Shown here piece by piece: positions 1 to 11,089 of a stretch of 64,000 nt of DNA. The stretch is from the NCBI GenBank assembly GCA_005798825.1, contig SYIL01000018.1:43943-107942 (forward strand), given 5' to 3'. Under the pieces are notes generated by a model, which was not told the origin of the DNA, made no database searches, and was given only the letters and a program-made list of their open reading frames with translations. The translations under genes and the position numbers were made by a program. The DNA is from Bacteroidota bacterium. Lineage in GTDB: Bacteria; Bacteroidota; Bacteroidia; NS11-12g; UBA955. Each line of letters opens with the position of its first letter. Position 1 is the first letter of the stretch.

Positions 1-2421
1 AACTCTTTAAGTGCTGAAAGTACCGCAGCACGAATGGAATCTCTTGCATTCGGTCCTTCTTTGTCTATCATGTAAGTAGTTACAATGCGAAACTGCCCTT
101 TAGAACCAAAAGTTTTGACCTCATTGCTCGATTCAGGTAATTTCTTGTCCAATGCTATCTTAATTTTTTCGGATTGGTTTTCCTCATTTTTTGCAAATTG
201 AATCACATATGAATTTCCCCCCTTAAAATCAATACCGGTACTAATACCTCCTTTGCCAATAAAAGCAATGATTCCAAGAAGAATAATCAACGAAGAAAAG
301 ATATAATACTTTTTGCGATTGCTTACAAAATCTATATTTTTCCCTTTTAAAAAATTCTTGTTCCATTTGGTATCAAATGCAATGTCTAAACCCTTATTGG
401 CACGAGAATCTAAAAGTAAGCGTGTAATAAATAAAGCGGTAAACATTGAGCTAAAAATACCGATTACCAAAATTACTGCAAAGCCATAAACGGGTCCTGC
501 TCCAGCAAAAGTTAAAATAAAACCTGCCATTAATGTGGTGATATTTGAGTCAATAATTGCACTTAACGCATATTTAAATCCATCGGAGATGGCAGTTTTT
601 ATTCCTTTACCATTTGCCAATTCATCTTTAATACGCTCGTATATGAGTACGTTGGCATCAACTGCCATACCCACTGTGAGAATAATACCCGCCATACCAG
701 GCAAAGTAAGGGCGGCACCTAAACTCGACAAAACACCCATTATAAGAAAAACGTTTCCAAAAACTGCAACTATCGCCATCCAACCAGCACGACTGTAATA
801 GAGAATCATAAACAATACCACAGTTAAAAAACCAAATAAAAGGGAATTTAACCCCCTATTCGTGGATTCTTTGCCCAATGATGCACCTACCTGCTCACTG
901 GCAACAATTTTGGCAGGTGCAGGAAGTTTACCTGCTTTTAATACATTGGCCAAATCGTTGGCCTCTCGGATATCAAAATTGCCTGTTATCTGGCTATTTC
1001 CACCACTAATTTTTTGATTGACAACGGGGGCAGAATAAACCCTATCATCCAATACTACAGCAATATAACGATTCACATTTTGACCTGTCACTTGAGACCA
1101 CCGATTGCCAGCCTCGGCTGTCATCTCCATAGATACCTCTAGTTGTCCTGTGGAGCTTGTATTCACCCGCGCATCCGAAATAATATTCTTATCTTCCGAC
1201 GTCAATGCGGCATTCCCGTCACGGTCTATTTTTAAGAAATATACAAAGTATTCATCCGAATTGAGTATCTCTTTGCCTTTGGCGTCATAATCACGGGGCT
1301 TGGCGCTGAAAGCCACCTTGGCATTCTCTAATCGTAAAATAGTTGCATATCGCTCATCATTCAACATTTTTTCAAAAATCTCACGATCTGCTTTGTTGAT
1401 GACACACACTGAAGATCCAGGTTCACCATTTCCAAAAGGCTTTAATATTTTTGCCAGCGGACTACCCAATGATTCAGAAATTTTACCAGTAGATTTTGTG
1501 TCTTTTTTTCCACCTGATGTATCCTTAATTTCTGTGTTGGATTTTGGAATGGTTGAAACCATTTTTTTGGATGAATCCAAAGTACTGGAATCGGCGTCAC
1601 TGGTACTGGCCATTTTACTGGCTTTATACAAGGCGTTCAACAACCGAGTTCCGTCATTTTTGCGACTTCCATTGCCAAGTACAACGTTGGCATACATTTC
1701 GTAAAATTCCAATTTTGCACTTTTCTCCACCAACTCTTCCATACGACGAGGATTGTCAACTCCCGGCAATTCTACACTTATACGTCCACCATCAATTTTT
1801 TGAATGGTAGGTTGAGTGACATTGGATTGATTAATCCGTTTTTCAACCACTTCATATACCCTGTCAACTGCAGAATTAGTCTCCGTTGTGAGGTAAGTGA
1901 TTACATCACTTTTTGAGCTACTGCTTTGAATAACGCCCTTATTTCCTTTGGCAAATAAGTTGGCTATGTTTCTGCCAGGATTAATTGAATTAAACTGTTC
2001 GACAAATGAATTAATAAAATCTCTCCCCTCATCACGGACTAGAATATTTGCAGCTGCTATAGCCTGGTTTAGGTCTTTGTCTTGGGGATCATTTGAAAGC
2101 ACCCGAACAACTGCTCCTTTGTCTACTTCTAAAATCACATTCATACCACCCCGTAAATCCAATCCAAGGTTGATTTCTCGTTGTTTACATTCGAAATAGG
2201 TGTATCCCGCAAGTCCAAGGCTATAAATTTCTTTGCTCCCCAAACTATCAACATACCTGCGATAGGCCTCTTTTGAGTCAAACCCTTTTTTGGCTGCTTT
2301 ATCAGAGAATGCCTTGGCTCTTTTTTCAAATCCTTGGGTTTTCCAAGTAAACGATAATTGAAACAAGCAAGCTAATGCCAGAACAATTGAAAATCCTACA
2401 ATGGTTTTACTGCTTTTCATC
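1..2421 (-). CDS. secDF: Protein translocase subunit SecDF (fused SecD/SecF), 5' part; C-terminus runs off the window start
   Basis: Reverse-strand translation from the ATG at about 2421 gives MKSSKTIVGFSIVLALACLFQLSFTW..., then a periplasmic domain, then a SecD TM bundle (…GLNSLLFGFLTVVLFMILYY…AGIILTVGMAVDANVLIYERIKDE…), then the start of SecF. It has no stop inside the window and is absent from the ORF track because it is open at position 1. The start coordinate may be off by one. Confidence 0.85.
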
Positions 2422-2492
2422 ACTATTTATAATGTATCCAAAATTATGGAAGCGCGAAAATAAGGAAAAAAAACAAGTTAAAATACTTAAGA

Positions 2493-3473
2493 CTAATTGG
2501 CTTGTAAATTTTCTAGCAATAATGTGAGTTGCTTGCCTGAATGCTGCTTCATGCAATGAAAGTGATGGCGAGGACAGACCTCGTATCCCAGTTTAGTGCA
2601 GGGATGACAAGACAAGTTCTGCGGCAACATGTGCAATACACTCCCATCTCTCTCCGTAATTTGCCAATCGGGCGAAAATCCCAATCCCGGATGCGTATTG
2701 CCCCAAATAACCAAAATAGATTTTTTATAAGCCCTCGCTATGTGCGTAAAACCGGTATCTCCACCCATGGCAAACTGACAATTCTCAATATACTTGGCAG
2801 AGGCTTGTAAAGACAACTTTCCGACACAATTTATTACTCTTTGGGGCAACAATGCTGTTAATTCTTGTGCCAAGGCGAAATCTAGATCACCTCCTATAAG
2901 AACGACGGGCAAGTGGATGGAATCCAGTGCTTGAATCCACAGTTCCTTGGGGATTTTCTTGGTTGTATACGTAGCCCCTAAAATAGCCACTACAAATGGT
3001 TTGACTTGCGCAATATTATCCTGTATTTCAACCCTGTAACTGGGCAATTCAATACCTTGCTTATCGGGTAAAACCCCTAATGGAAATACTGTTTCCCAGT
3101 ATCGGTCACAAACATGGTTTACCTTAAAATGCGCCCATTTTGTATTGACAAACAGCCAACGTTGTATACTTTTTTTGTTATAAGTATAATTTGGAACGCT
3201 CCACAAAGACAATTTTACCAATAAGGACCGCCAGTTGTTCTGTAAATCTATCACAGCATCAAATTGTATTTGCTGCAATTGGGACATGAGATTTGCCTCC
3301 CCCATATTCCAAATCCTATCGACACTATACAATCCCTCTAACAAGGGGGCATATACCGATTTCGTTAGCACATGAATTTCAGCAGATGGCAACTGTTGTT
3401 TAAGCCCGCGCAATGCAGGGGTGGTTAAAACCAAATCCCCAATCGAACTAAAGCGAATAACCAAAATTTTCAT
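2493..3473 (-). CDS. Glycosyltransferase family 9 (LPS heptosyltransferase-like)
   Basis: 326 aa. The N-terminus MKILVIRFSSIGDLVLTTPALRGLK is the typical GT9 start. The C-terminal GGDTGFTHIA motif matches a heptosyltransferase/ADP-heptose transferase fold. Confidence 0.7.
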   Translation of the reverse strand: MKILVIRFSSIGDLVLTTPALRGLKQQLPSAEIHVLTKSVYAPLLEGLYSVDRIWNMGEANLMSQLQQIQFDAVIDLQNNWRSLLVKLSLWSVPNYTYNKKSIQRWLFVNTKWAHFKVNHVCDRYWETVFPLGVLPDKQGIELPSYRVEIQDNIAQVKPFVVAILGATYTTKKIPKELWIQALDSIHLPVVLIGGDLDFALAQELTALLPQRVINCVGKLSLQASAKYIENCQFAMGGDTGFTHIARAYKKSILVIWGNTHPGLGFSPDWQITERDGSVLHMLPQNLSCHPCTKLGYEVCPRHHFHCMKQHSGKQLTLLLENLQAN

Positions 3474-3525
3474 TGTCTTACTTTTCTATTCTACAACCCA
3501 TAAATTAGTATCCTTTCACCAAATC

Positions 3526-5337
3526 CTATTTTCTGCCGGCAAGATACGATTCAAATTCGGGCAATGACAAGGCATTGAGTGTCAAACGTTTCTCCAATCC
3601 TCCTTTTCGGCCAGAGAATACGCCAAAATGCATGTCTAAATAACCCATTTTATGGTGGGCGTCTGGATTTACTGACACCATTACACCTTTCTCCATAGCA
3701 TAATCGATATGTCTCCAATCAATATCCAGCCGATAGGGATTGGCATTTAATTCTATGGCAACATTGTTATGGGCACAGGCATCAATGATTGTTTTATGGT
3801 CTATTGGGTATCCCTCTCGCATCAGCAATAATCTTCCTGTCGGATGTCCCAAAATCGTTGTAAATGAATTTTCGATGGCTGCAATTAGGCGTTGCATTGC
3901 CTTCTCCTGACTCATATTCAAATTGCTGTGAATAGAAGCCACAACCAAATCAAATTCTGCCAGTAAGTCAAGTTCATAGTCTAAATCGCCATTGCCTAAA
4001 ATATCACTTTCTATGCCTTTAAAAATTTTGAATGGCCACAATTTTTTATTGAGTGTATCAATTTCCTCAAACTGTTGCCAAACGCGTTCTACAGACAAGC
4101 CGTTGGCATAAAAAGCGGTTTTTGAATGGTCGCAGATTGCCAAATACTCCATTCCCAAATGCATGGCATACTCTGCCATTTCTTCCAATGAATTTAAGCC
4201 ATCACTGAAATTGCTGTGGTTGTGGATTACACCCCGCAAATGGCCGTATTGTAGCAATTGGTCTGCCTCAACAGGGCATTCAAATTCTCGCAGACCTTCG
4301 CGCCGCTCCGGCGGTATATAGTGGTGACCTTTTGATGTGTATGTTGCTTTTTCAGAACCACACCAATGGTCAGAAAAGTAATCAAGTTTTTGAAGATGCA
4401 GAGGAGTTGCCGAAGTTTCAAACCACATTCGATCAAAATCAACCTCCGATACCACCAAAATTCGCGCCTGAAATCCCAATTCATGGTGAAGATTTCCCGA
4501 AATACTCGACAAAACCCAAGTGCCCATTCGGAGGGGTAAATCAAATTCTTCGGACTGTAAGGGGATATTGCCAGGAAGATTGTCAAGCGCATTGTCTGGA
4601 AGATTGTTTCCAGTTTGATTGAATACTTGTATTGGATTGTCAATTGATTGCGATGTATTGAGATGAGATGGGAGGTTTGGGTTTGGGTTTGGGTTTACGC
4701 TTCTGCCTGCTGGGTCAAATATATTGACAGTAGAAATAATTTCAAGCGTCTCGATAATTTCCGAAAAACGGCGATACATCCCAGTAAATTCAAAACGTCC
4801 TGCTGAAAAAGTACTGCGCAGCTCTGCCAATAATTCTTCTGCGTAAGGCATCAATTGGGCAAAATGAAATTTTCCGGCAGAACCCATCAAAAACTCAATC
4901 GATTTTTGAATACTAATTTGTGTTTTATAGCCAAAACCAGCAAGTGATATCAATCTGTTTTGCCTACATGCATCCAATAATTCCTCCACGGTTTCGATGC
5001 CCATCTCTTGCCAAATTACACCCACTTTTTTAGGGCCAAGTCCTTTAATTTTTAGGAGTTCAATCAGCCCTGGCGGAGTAATTTTAAGAAGTGCATTGAG
5101 GGCTGGAAATTGGCGCGTATTGACATATTCCACAATGACATTAGCCACATTTTTACCCATACCTGGAATGGCCAATAATTGATCCAATGACAAGTTTTCA
5201 ATCGGCTCTTTGAACTTGCGAAGTGAAAATGCGCTTGCTGAGAAAGCATTGTATTTGAATGGATTTTCCTTGTGCAACTCAGCCAAATTTGCAAACAAGG
5301 TCAAAGCTTTAACTATCTCTTGGTTGTCAATACCCAC
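3526..5337 (-). CDS. polX: DNA polymerase X family protein with C-terminal PHP phosphoesterase domain; polymerase palm apparently degenerate
   Basis: 603 aa with a GTG start. The N-terminus has Pol-beta-like 8-kDa/HhH regions (…LLAIPGMGKNVANVIVEY…IKGLGPKKVGVIW…). The C-terminus is a PHP domain (HNHSNFSDG…ICDHS…SIHSN…GHPTG…VSVNPDAH). The palm motif reads TGMYRRFSEIIETLEII where a canonical PolX has GSFRR…GDIDIL. A low-complexity NPNPNPN…-rich insert lies between the palm and the PHP domain. Confidence 0.8.
   Translation of the reverse strand: MGIDNQEIVKALTLFANLAELHKENPFKYNAFSASAFSLRKFKEPIENLSLDQLLAIPGMGKNVANVIVEYVNTRQFPALNALLKITPPGLIELLKIKGLGPKKVGVIWQEMGIETVEELLDACRQNRLISLAGFGYKTQISIQKSIEFLMGSAGKFHFAQLMPYAEELLAELRSTFSAGRFEFTGMYRRFSEIIETLEIISTVNIFDPAGRSVNPNPNPNLPSHLNTSQSIDNPIQVFNQTGNNLPDNALDNLPGNIPLQSEEFDLPLRMGTWVLSSISGNLHHELGFQARILVVSEVDFDRMWFETSATPLHLQKLDYFSDHWCGSEKATYTSKGHHYIPPERREGLREFECPVEADQLLQYGHLRGVIHNHSNFSDGLNSLEEMAEYAMHLGMEYLAICDHSKTAFYANGLSVERVWQQFEEIDTLNKKLWPFKIFKGIESDILGNGDLDYELDLLAEFDLVVASIHSNLNMSQEKAMQRLIAAIENSFTTILGHPTGRLLLMREGYPIDHKTIIDACAHNNVAIELNANPYRLDIDWRHIDYAMEKGVMVSVNPDAHHKMGYLDMHFGVFSGRKGGLEKRLTLNALSLPEFESYLAGRK
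4674..4697. repeat. Hexanucleotide microsatellite (GGTTTG)x4 inside polX, encoding (NP)n on the minus strand
   Basis: Direct reading of 'ggtttgggtttgggtttgggttta' at about 4674-4697. Coordinates are approximate to ±1. Confidence 0.5.
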
Positions 5338-6481
5338 TCCTTTTATCCGTCACAGCGGCTCCTTGAATGATAGTCAGTAACTGATTGGCAACCCATGCAC
5401 TCAATGCAACTCCCATTCCACCCATTCGAACAGCCAAAAAAACACGCTCAGATTCTTGTCGTATAATGGGGTTTCGGTTTTCATGCATCCCCATAATCCC
5501 AGACCATTCGTACTGGAAGCGTATGGTTTGTCCTGGTAAAACCACACGCTCCATATACGCTTTAATATAAGTCCGTATTGTATCGGTAACCGCCATTTCA
5601 GTGGTTGTTTCTTCTAAAAAATCTTGGTTGCGTCCACCACCGATTAGAATTCGGTCTCCAAGAGAGCGAAAATACAAGTATCCCTTGTCTGCATGATAAA
5701 TGCCGTTTAAGGGTTGCTTTGACAGTGCATTTGTCACAAAAACCTGTCCTCTTGCAGGATTAAGATCAATGGCTGGTAACAATTTCGGTGTAAATCCATT
5801 GGTGCATAAAACAATTTGTCGGGTGCGAATGGGCATTAAATTCGAAAGGCATATTTCTATCCATTCGGAAGATTCATTGAAAGTCAAAACCTGCATCCCT
5901 TCATACAGTTCTACCCCAATAGACAAAGCATCTTGTCGGATACAACTGTATAATTGGTGGGTTAATATTGAACCCTCTAAAGGAGAAGAAATAGCAGTTT
6001 TCAGAACGCGCATACCTGTTTCTATTGGATTTGAAACATGGTAAGCATCGGAATTATGTATTGTTTTTAATTCCTTATTGAGAAAGTCTAATCTTGATTC
6101 AATGGCTGTGAATTCGTCGGGTTTTTCGGGCAAAAAAACCTCCATACCACCGCAGGGTTCGTATCCTATGGCCGTTGAGCCATATCGCTCTCGTAAAATC
6201 TGAATTCCTAGGTAACGGTTTTCATACAATTGAAGGGCTTCGGCCAATGAAGTTCTCCCTATTTCGTCAAGCATTTCGCCCGCACTCCCAAAACATGCAA
6301 ATCCCGCATTTCGCAAACTTGCAGCATTGCCAATGGCATGGGAATCCAATACCATGACTCGCTGTTTTGGATACGCTTCTTTAATTTTTCGCGCTGATTG
6401 CAAGCCCACAAACCCTGCACCAATGACAACCCAATCTGCTTGACCAAAGCCTTGTTGTTCCCAATAGCTGAAAGAGTTCAT
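5327..6481 (-). CDS. FAD-dependent oxidoreductase (DAO/glycine-oxidase-like family)
   Basis: 384 aa. The N-terminal dinucleotide-binding motif is DWVVIGAGFVGLQSARKIKE. The stop codon overlaps the polX GTG start. Confidence 0.65.
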   Translation of the reverse strand: MNSFSYWEQQGFGQADWVVIGAGFVGLQSARKIKEAYPKQRVMVLDSHAIGNAASLRNAGFACFGSAGEMLDEIGRTSLAEALQLYENRYLGIQILRERYGSTAIGYEPCGGMEVFLPEKPDEFTAIESRLDFLNKELKTIHNSDAYHVSNPIETGMRVLKTAISSPLEGSILTHQLYSCIRQDALSIGVELYEGMQVLTFNESSEWIEICLSNLMPIRTRQIVLCTNGFTPKLLPAIDLNPARGQVFVTNALSKQPLNGIYHADKGYLYFRSLGDRILIGGGRNQDFLEETTTEMAVTDTIRTYIKAYMERVVLPGQTIRFQYEWSGIMGMHENRNPIIRQESERVFLAVRMGGMGVALSAWVANQLLTIIQGAAVTDKRSGY

Positions 6482-6492
6482 TGCTTTTTATA

Positions 6493-8718
6493 CTAATTTA
6501 AATAGGAAGCAACAATGGCATTATAGGGCTCAGAAAAGGCCGTCATGGAACCCCAAGTATTGCCATTTACCTTCACCACTTGATTTGTCATTACGGTTCC
6601 GATGCGCAAGGCCGGTACATTCATGTTTCGAGCTATTTTCAAGAGTGTATCAAGAGACTCTTGGGCAACGGAAACCACGACCCTCCCTTGTGACTCTCCA
6701 AATAAACCTGCGTCTAAACGAAGCCCTTTTTCGGTGACAATATCAAACCCTTTTTCTCCTGAAGCAGCACTTTCAAAGCAAGCCACAAACAAACCGCCTT
6801 CACTCACATCGTGGGCAGAAAGCACACATCTGGTTCGGGCAATTTCTTGTAACAATTGATGTAAAGCAAACTCTTCTTCGAGGTTAAAATACGGACAAGG
6901 TGATTGAGAAATACCAGTAATTTTTACCAAATACTGAGAACATCCCAAATCGTTTTGGGTAGAACCCAAAAGAACTATGGCATCGCCTTCGTTCTTAAAA
7001 GGAATGCTCATCCTGTGCTCAGGCTTTTCAAGAATGCCAACCATACCAATGGTGGGTGTCGGAAAAACTGCCTGGCCATTCGCACTTTGGTTGTAGAAAC
7101 TCACATTCCCACCAGTAACCGGAGTATCAAACTTTCGACAAGCAATTCCCATCCCCTCGATCGCACTTTTAAATTGAAAAAAAACTTCTTCATTATAAGG
7201 ATTTCCAAAGTTTAAGCAATTTGTGATCGCAGTGGGCACAGCACCCGAGCAACGAATATTTCGCGCCGCCTCAGCAACTGCAATTTGGGTTCCAATATTT
7301 GGGTCAGAATAAACATAGCGGCTATTGCAATCTACACTTAATGCCAAACTTTTATCTGATCCTACGATTTTAACAATGGCAGCATCGCTCAAAAGATTGG
7401 TAGACTCATTGATGGTGCCTACCATGCTATCATATTGCTCGTAAATCCAGCGTTTCGATGCAATATTAGGCTCTGCACATAGTTTAAAGGCGGCCTCACA
7501 GGCAGTTTTATTGGTAAGATCTTTGAGAGAATGAAGCGAGAATTGGCGAATGAAATCAAAATATTGGGGTTCTTTCCAAGTTCTACTATATACGGGTGCT
7601 CCCCCACCCAACACCAAAGATTCGGCAGGAATATCAGCCTCCAATACCCCATTCATAAAGTATCTAACGCGTTTTGTATCGGTTACGATTCCAATGTGTG
7701 CAAATGTTAAATCCCATTTCTCAAGGACGGCTTCAACAACAGATTCCTTTCCTTTTTCAATGATAACCAACATGCGTTCTTGGCTTTCGCTTAATAACAA
7801 TTCCCAGGCCTTCATGTCTGATTGACGCATCGGAACTTTATCAAGCCACACATCCATTCCAACATCTGTTTTTGCACTCATTTCACTGGTTGAACAAGTG
7901 ATGCCTGCGGCACCCATATCTTGCATTCCTATAACCGAACCAGTATCAATGATTTCCATGCTCGCTTCTAAAATAAGTTTTTCCCAAAAAGGATCTCCTA
8001 CCTGAACCGATGGCAAATCTGCAATACTGTCTTCGCTCATGTCTTTCGAAGCAAATGCAGCACCGTGTATACCATCCTTCCCGGTTGCAGAGCCAAAGAT
8101 ATAAACTGGATTTCCTGCAGGACCCGCGCCGGCAGAAATACTTTTGCCCACTTCCACAATACCGACACTCATGGCATTGACTAAATTATTTTGCTCATAG
8201 CAATCATCAAAATACACTTCGCCACCCACAGTGGGGATTCCAAAAGCATTACCATAGTCTCCGATACCCTTTACGACCCCCTTCACCAACCATTGGGTTC
8301 GATCCGTGGCGATATTTCCAAATCGCAGAGAATTCAACTGGGCAATGGGTCGGGCACCCATAGAAAAAATATCTCGGTTTATTCCACCCACACCTGTTGC
8401 AGCTCCTTGATAAGGCTCAATAGCACTCGGATGATTGTGGCTTTCAATTTTGAAACAACAAGCCAATCCATCCCCTATATCAACCAAACCTGCATTTTCA
8501 TCTCCTGCCTCAGCAAGTATTTTAGAACCCGATTTTGGCAATTTTTTTAACCATGTTATTGAATTTTTATAACTGCAATGTTCACTCCACATTACCGAAT
8601 AAATTGAAATTTCTGTAAAATTGGGCTGTCGACCCAAAATATTACAAATCATATAAAATTCTTCTTCCAATAATCCCAATTGCTTGGCTTGATCTAGGAT
8701 AGCGGGTTGGTTTACCAT
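6493..8718 (-). CDS. purL: Phosphoribosylformylglycinamidine synthase subunit PurL (FGAM synthase II)
   Basis: 741 aa. PurL hallmarks are present: …[10 protein letters not shown]…, tandem AIR-synthase-related domains and [10 protein letters not shown]. Confidence 0.9.
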   Translation of the reverse strand: MVNQPAILDQAKQLGLLEEEFYMICNILGRQPNFTEISIYSVMWSEHCSYKNSITWLKKLPKSGSKILAEAGDENAGLVDIGDGLACCFKIESHNHPSAIEPYQGAATGVGGINRDIFSMGARPIAQLNSLRFGNIATDRTQWLVKGVVKGIGDYGNAFGIPTVGGEVYFDDCYEQNNLVNAMSVGIVEVGKSISAGAGPAGNPVYIFGSATGKDGIHGAAFASKDMSEDSIADLPSVQVGDPFWEKLILEASMEIIDTGSVIGMQDMGAAGITCSTSEMSAKTDVGMDVWLDKVPMRQSDMKAWELLLSESQERMLVIIEKGKESVVEAVLEKWDLTFAHIGIVTDTKRVRYFMNGVLEADIPAESLVLGGGAPVYSRTWKEPQYFDFIRQFSLHSLKDLTNKTACEAAFKLCAEPNIASKRWIYEQYDSMVGTINESTNLLSDAAIVKIVGSDKSLALSVDCNSRYVYSDPNIGTQIAVAEAARNIRCSGAVPTAITNCLNFGNPYNEEVFFQFKSAIEGMGIACRKFDTPVTGGNVSFYNQSANGQAVFPTPTIGMVGILEKPEHRMSIPFKNEGDAIVLLGSTQNDLGCSQYLVKITGISQSPCPYFNLEEEFALHQLLQEIARTRCVLSAHDVSEGGLFVACFESAASGEKGFDIVTEKGLRLDAGLFGESQGRVVVSVAQESLDTLLKIARNMNVPALRIGTVMTNQVVKVNGNTWGSMTAFSEPYNAIVASYLN

Positions 8719-8800
8719 GGATCACAAAATTACAAAAGACATGAATGGAGATAAAAAAACTTTTGGACAGTTTTTACCCCGTTTATTCACCAAAAATTGC

Positions 8801-10921
8801 TTATCGAATCAAGTATATATCACCAAAAACAGTTTTACGGCGAATCCGATCACCGGTTTTTAATTCATATCTAAAAATATATGAATATAAGCCTGTTTGG
8901 CAAATATCTCCTTTGTAATAGCCATCCCATTCGTAGGAGTTGGTAATGCGACTATCAAATACCATCTGACCCCAACGATTGTAAACTTGAAATAATACTG
9001 GTTTGGCCCCTTTGCTGAAAAATTTAAAAGTTTCATTTCTGCCATCTCCATTGGGAGTAAAGGCGGTGGGAACAAATAAATCACAATCGCCATTCATCAA
9101 AGAAATCACAATCAAATCGGTTGCAATTCCGCAGGCATTGGTTAATGAAACACTGAACGTTCCAGAGGTGCTAACATAGATAGTCGTATCATTTGAGCCA
9201 TTACTCCATTGAATTGTAGTATTGGGAAAAAGGGGTGCAATCAATTTTATCAAAGACCCCTGACAAAGCGTTGTATCATCTGGAAGGCTTACACTCGGCG
9301 TTACATTTGTCTTGATCACAATTGTATCATCTGCAATACATCCATTGTTGTTAATATTAGCCGAATATACCCCAGCTGAAGAAATACTCCGAACATTTAA
9401 TTTACTGCCATCATTCCACAATATATTACCGGGAATAGCAATCACCAAATCGACACCAGCACCATCACAGAGTATTGTATCCTTGCCTAAATTTAATTTG
9501 GGTTTGGGTGAAACCGTAATGCTTTGTGAAGATGAATCTGGACAATACAAATCATCTACAACATAGGTAATTTTAAATACACCCGGTTTGACGGGGCTAA
9601 AGGAATTTCCTGAAAAAACCGAACCATAGAATTTACCTCCGCTGGTATTGGGCTTGAGGGTAATTAGAGTACTTCCCTCACAAACTGAGGATGGCAAACC
9701 ACTAAAAGTTGGGTCAACATTTGCCTTCACACGCACGTATACAGTATCGATACCAGAACACCCATCAGCAGAAGTAGCCTCATGAATAATGGGATAATCT
9801 CCAACTGCAGTAAAAGAACGAGAAGCAGATTTCAAAACTGAAGTAATCCCGTTTCCCAAATCCCAACGGTAACTTGTCAAACCAGTGAAGTCGTTGAAGA
9901 AATCGAATTTATTGCCTTTCAGACATTGAACGCTGTCGTTAATAGAGATCCCAGTGGATGGACTTGCAACAACACGAACGAACAAACTTGTGGTGTCGAT
10001 ACATCCTGTATTATTGTTGTCGTAGAGAGTCTCGCTCCGATAAAAAATACGATATTTCCCGGGTTTTGAATAAAACTTGCTTGGATTTGGTATGGTGGCG
10101 CTGTCTAAAGGAGAAAAAAACCAAGTACGTATGTATGCACATTTCGGGATTTTTGCCAACTGTGTATTGTCATCAAATTTGAACAAATGGCCATCAAAAC
10201 ACTGGACAGTATCATTGTTTTTCTCAAAAGCTTTGCTCACAGGTCTGGGTACAATAAAAATCGGTTTTGTGGAAGTAAAAATATCCGGACATCCCAAAGA
10301 GGGTGAAGCCTGAATAGACACTGAGAAAGAACCGCCTTTCATAAAGGTATGACTGGCATTTAAACCCGTATCTTGAGAACCATCTCCATAATTCCACGTG
10401 TATTTAATCCAACCAAAATTGGCTACACTGCTGTTTTTAAAAGTCACCTTATTGCTTTTCTCACAGCTATCAGCAGTGCTACTGAAAGTAAATCCCAATG
10501 ATAAAGCTGCAGTAGTGAAATTCACGCTCACAGATTTGGAAGTTAAATAATCTGGATCAATCCCATCATGTTCAAACACCGTTGCATAATACTTTGTATT
10601 GGTTTTGAGATTCGTAATTAAACAATTGTTGGTAATGTTATTAAACACCACGAAATTGCCCGAACCCAACTCAGATCCAAGACCAAAATTTGAGTTGCTT
10701 AAGTAATTGGATTTGTCTGACGGGCTGCTATTTACAGCAGAAGCTTCTTTCAGTAAAATAATATGCCATGTCCCATTTCCGCTGGTCCATGTCAGTTGGG
10801 CAGAATTACAAGTTATTGTTCCTACTTTTAGATTACTGGAGGGAACAGTGGGTTCGGATGCCCAGGCAGATGGAATAAACAAGAAAAACAATAATACAAA
10901 AATTACAAGTTTATGGGGCAT
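8801..10921 (-). CDS. Secreted PKD/Ig-like repeat protein with T9SS type-B (gliding-motility, CHU_C) C-terminal domain
   Basis: The track ORF starts at 10972. The likely start is the internal M at 10921 (MPHKLVIFVLLFFLFIPSAWA signal peptide). The C-terminus …CDLFVPTAFTPNGDGRNETFKF…YNRWGQMVFD…WDGYYKG…GLYSYIF… is the gliding-motility-associated C-terminal domain. Confidence 0.7.
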   Translation of the reverse strand: MPHKLVIFVLLFFLFIPSAWASEPTVPSSNLKVGTITCNSAQLTWTSGNGTWHIILLKEASAVNSSPSDKSNYLSNSNFGLGSELGSGNFVVFNNITNNCLITNLKTNTKYYATVFEHDGIDPDYLTSKSVSVNFTTAALSLGFTFSSTADSCEKSNKVTFKNSSVANFGWIKYTWNYGDGSQDTGLNASHTFMKGGSFSVSIQASPSLGCPDIFTSTKPIFIVPRPVSKAFEKNNDTVQCFDGHLFKFDDNTQLAKIPKCAYIRTWFFSPLDSATIPNPSKFYSKPGKYRIFYRSETLYDNNNTGCIDTTSLFVRVVASPSTGISINDSVQCLKGNKFDFFNDFTGLTSYRWDLGNGITSVLKSASRSFTAVGDYPIIHEATSADGCSGIDTVYVRVKANVDPTFSGLPSSVCEGSTLITLKPNTSGGKFYGSVFSGNSFSPVKPGVFKITYVVDDLYCPDSSSQSITVSPKPKLNLGKDTILCDGAGVDLVIAIPGNILWNDGSKLNVRSISSAGVYSANINNNGCIADDTIVIKTNVTPSVSLPDDTTLCQGSLIKLIAPLFPNTTIQWSNGSNDTTIYVSTSGTFSVSLTNACGIATDLIVISLMNGDCDLFVPTAFTPNGDGRNETFKFFSKGAKPVLFQVYNRWGQMVFDSRITNSYEWDGYYKGDICQTGLYSYIFRYELKTGDRIRRKTVFGDIYLIR

Positions 10922-11089
10922 CGCTGGACAAAATGACAATACGAAATTACTATTTGTAGACAAGCTAAACAACCAAATCGTTGTTTGGGTATAAAAATTA
11001 TAGCTATTTATACTTTTAATTGATGTGGTTAACTTTTAGATTGATGAATATTATATTTATCACATCTTCGCACTTAGAAATTATTTATT

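Noticed and set aside
4227-4643. ORFs of 138 aa and 96 aa lie inside and antisense to polX.
   Set aside because: They overlap the conserved PHP-domain coding region, show no motifs, and are shadow ORFs.
8311-8335. The motif 'gggttcgatcc' is reminiscent of a tRNA T-arm.
   Set aside because: It lies inside the conserved purL coding frame. No acceptor, D-arm or anticodon-arm complementarity surrounds it. I found no tRNA-like structure in any intergenic gap.
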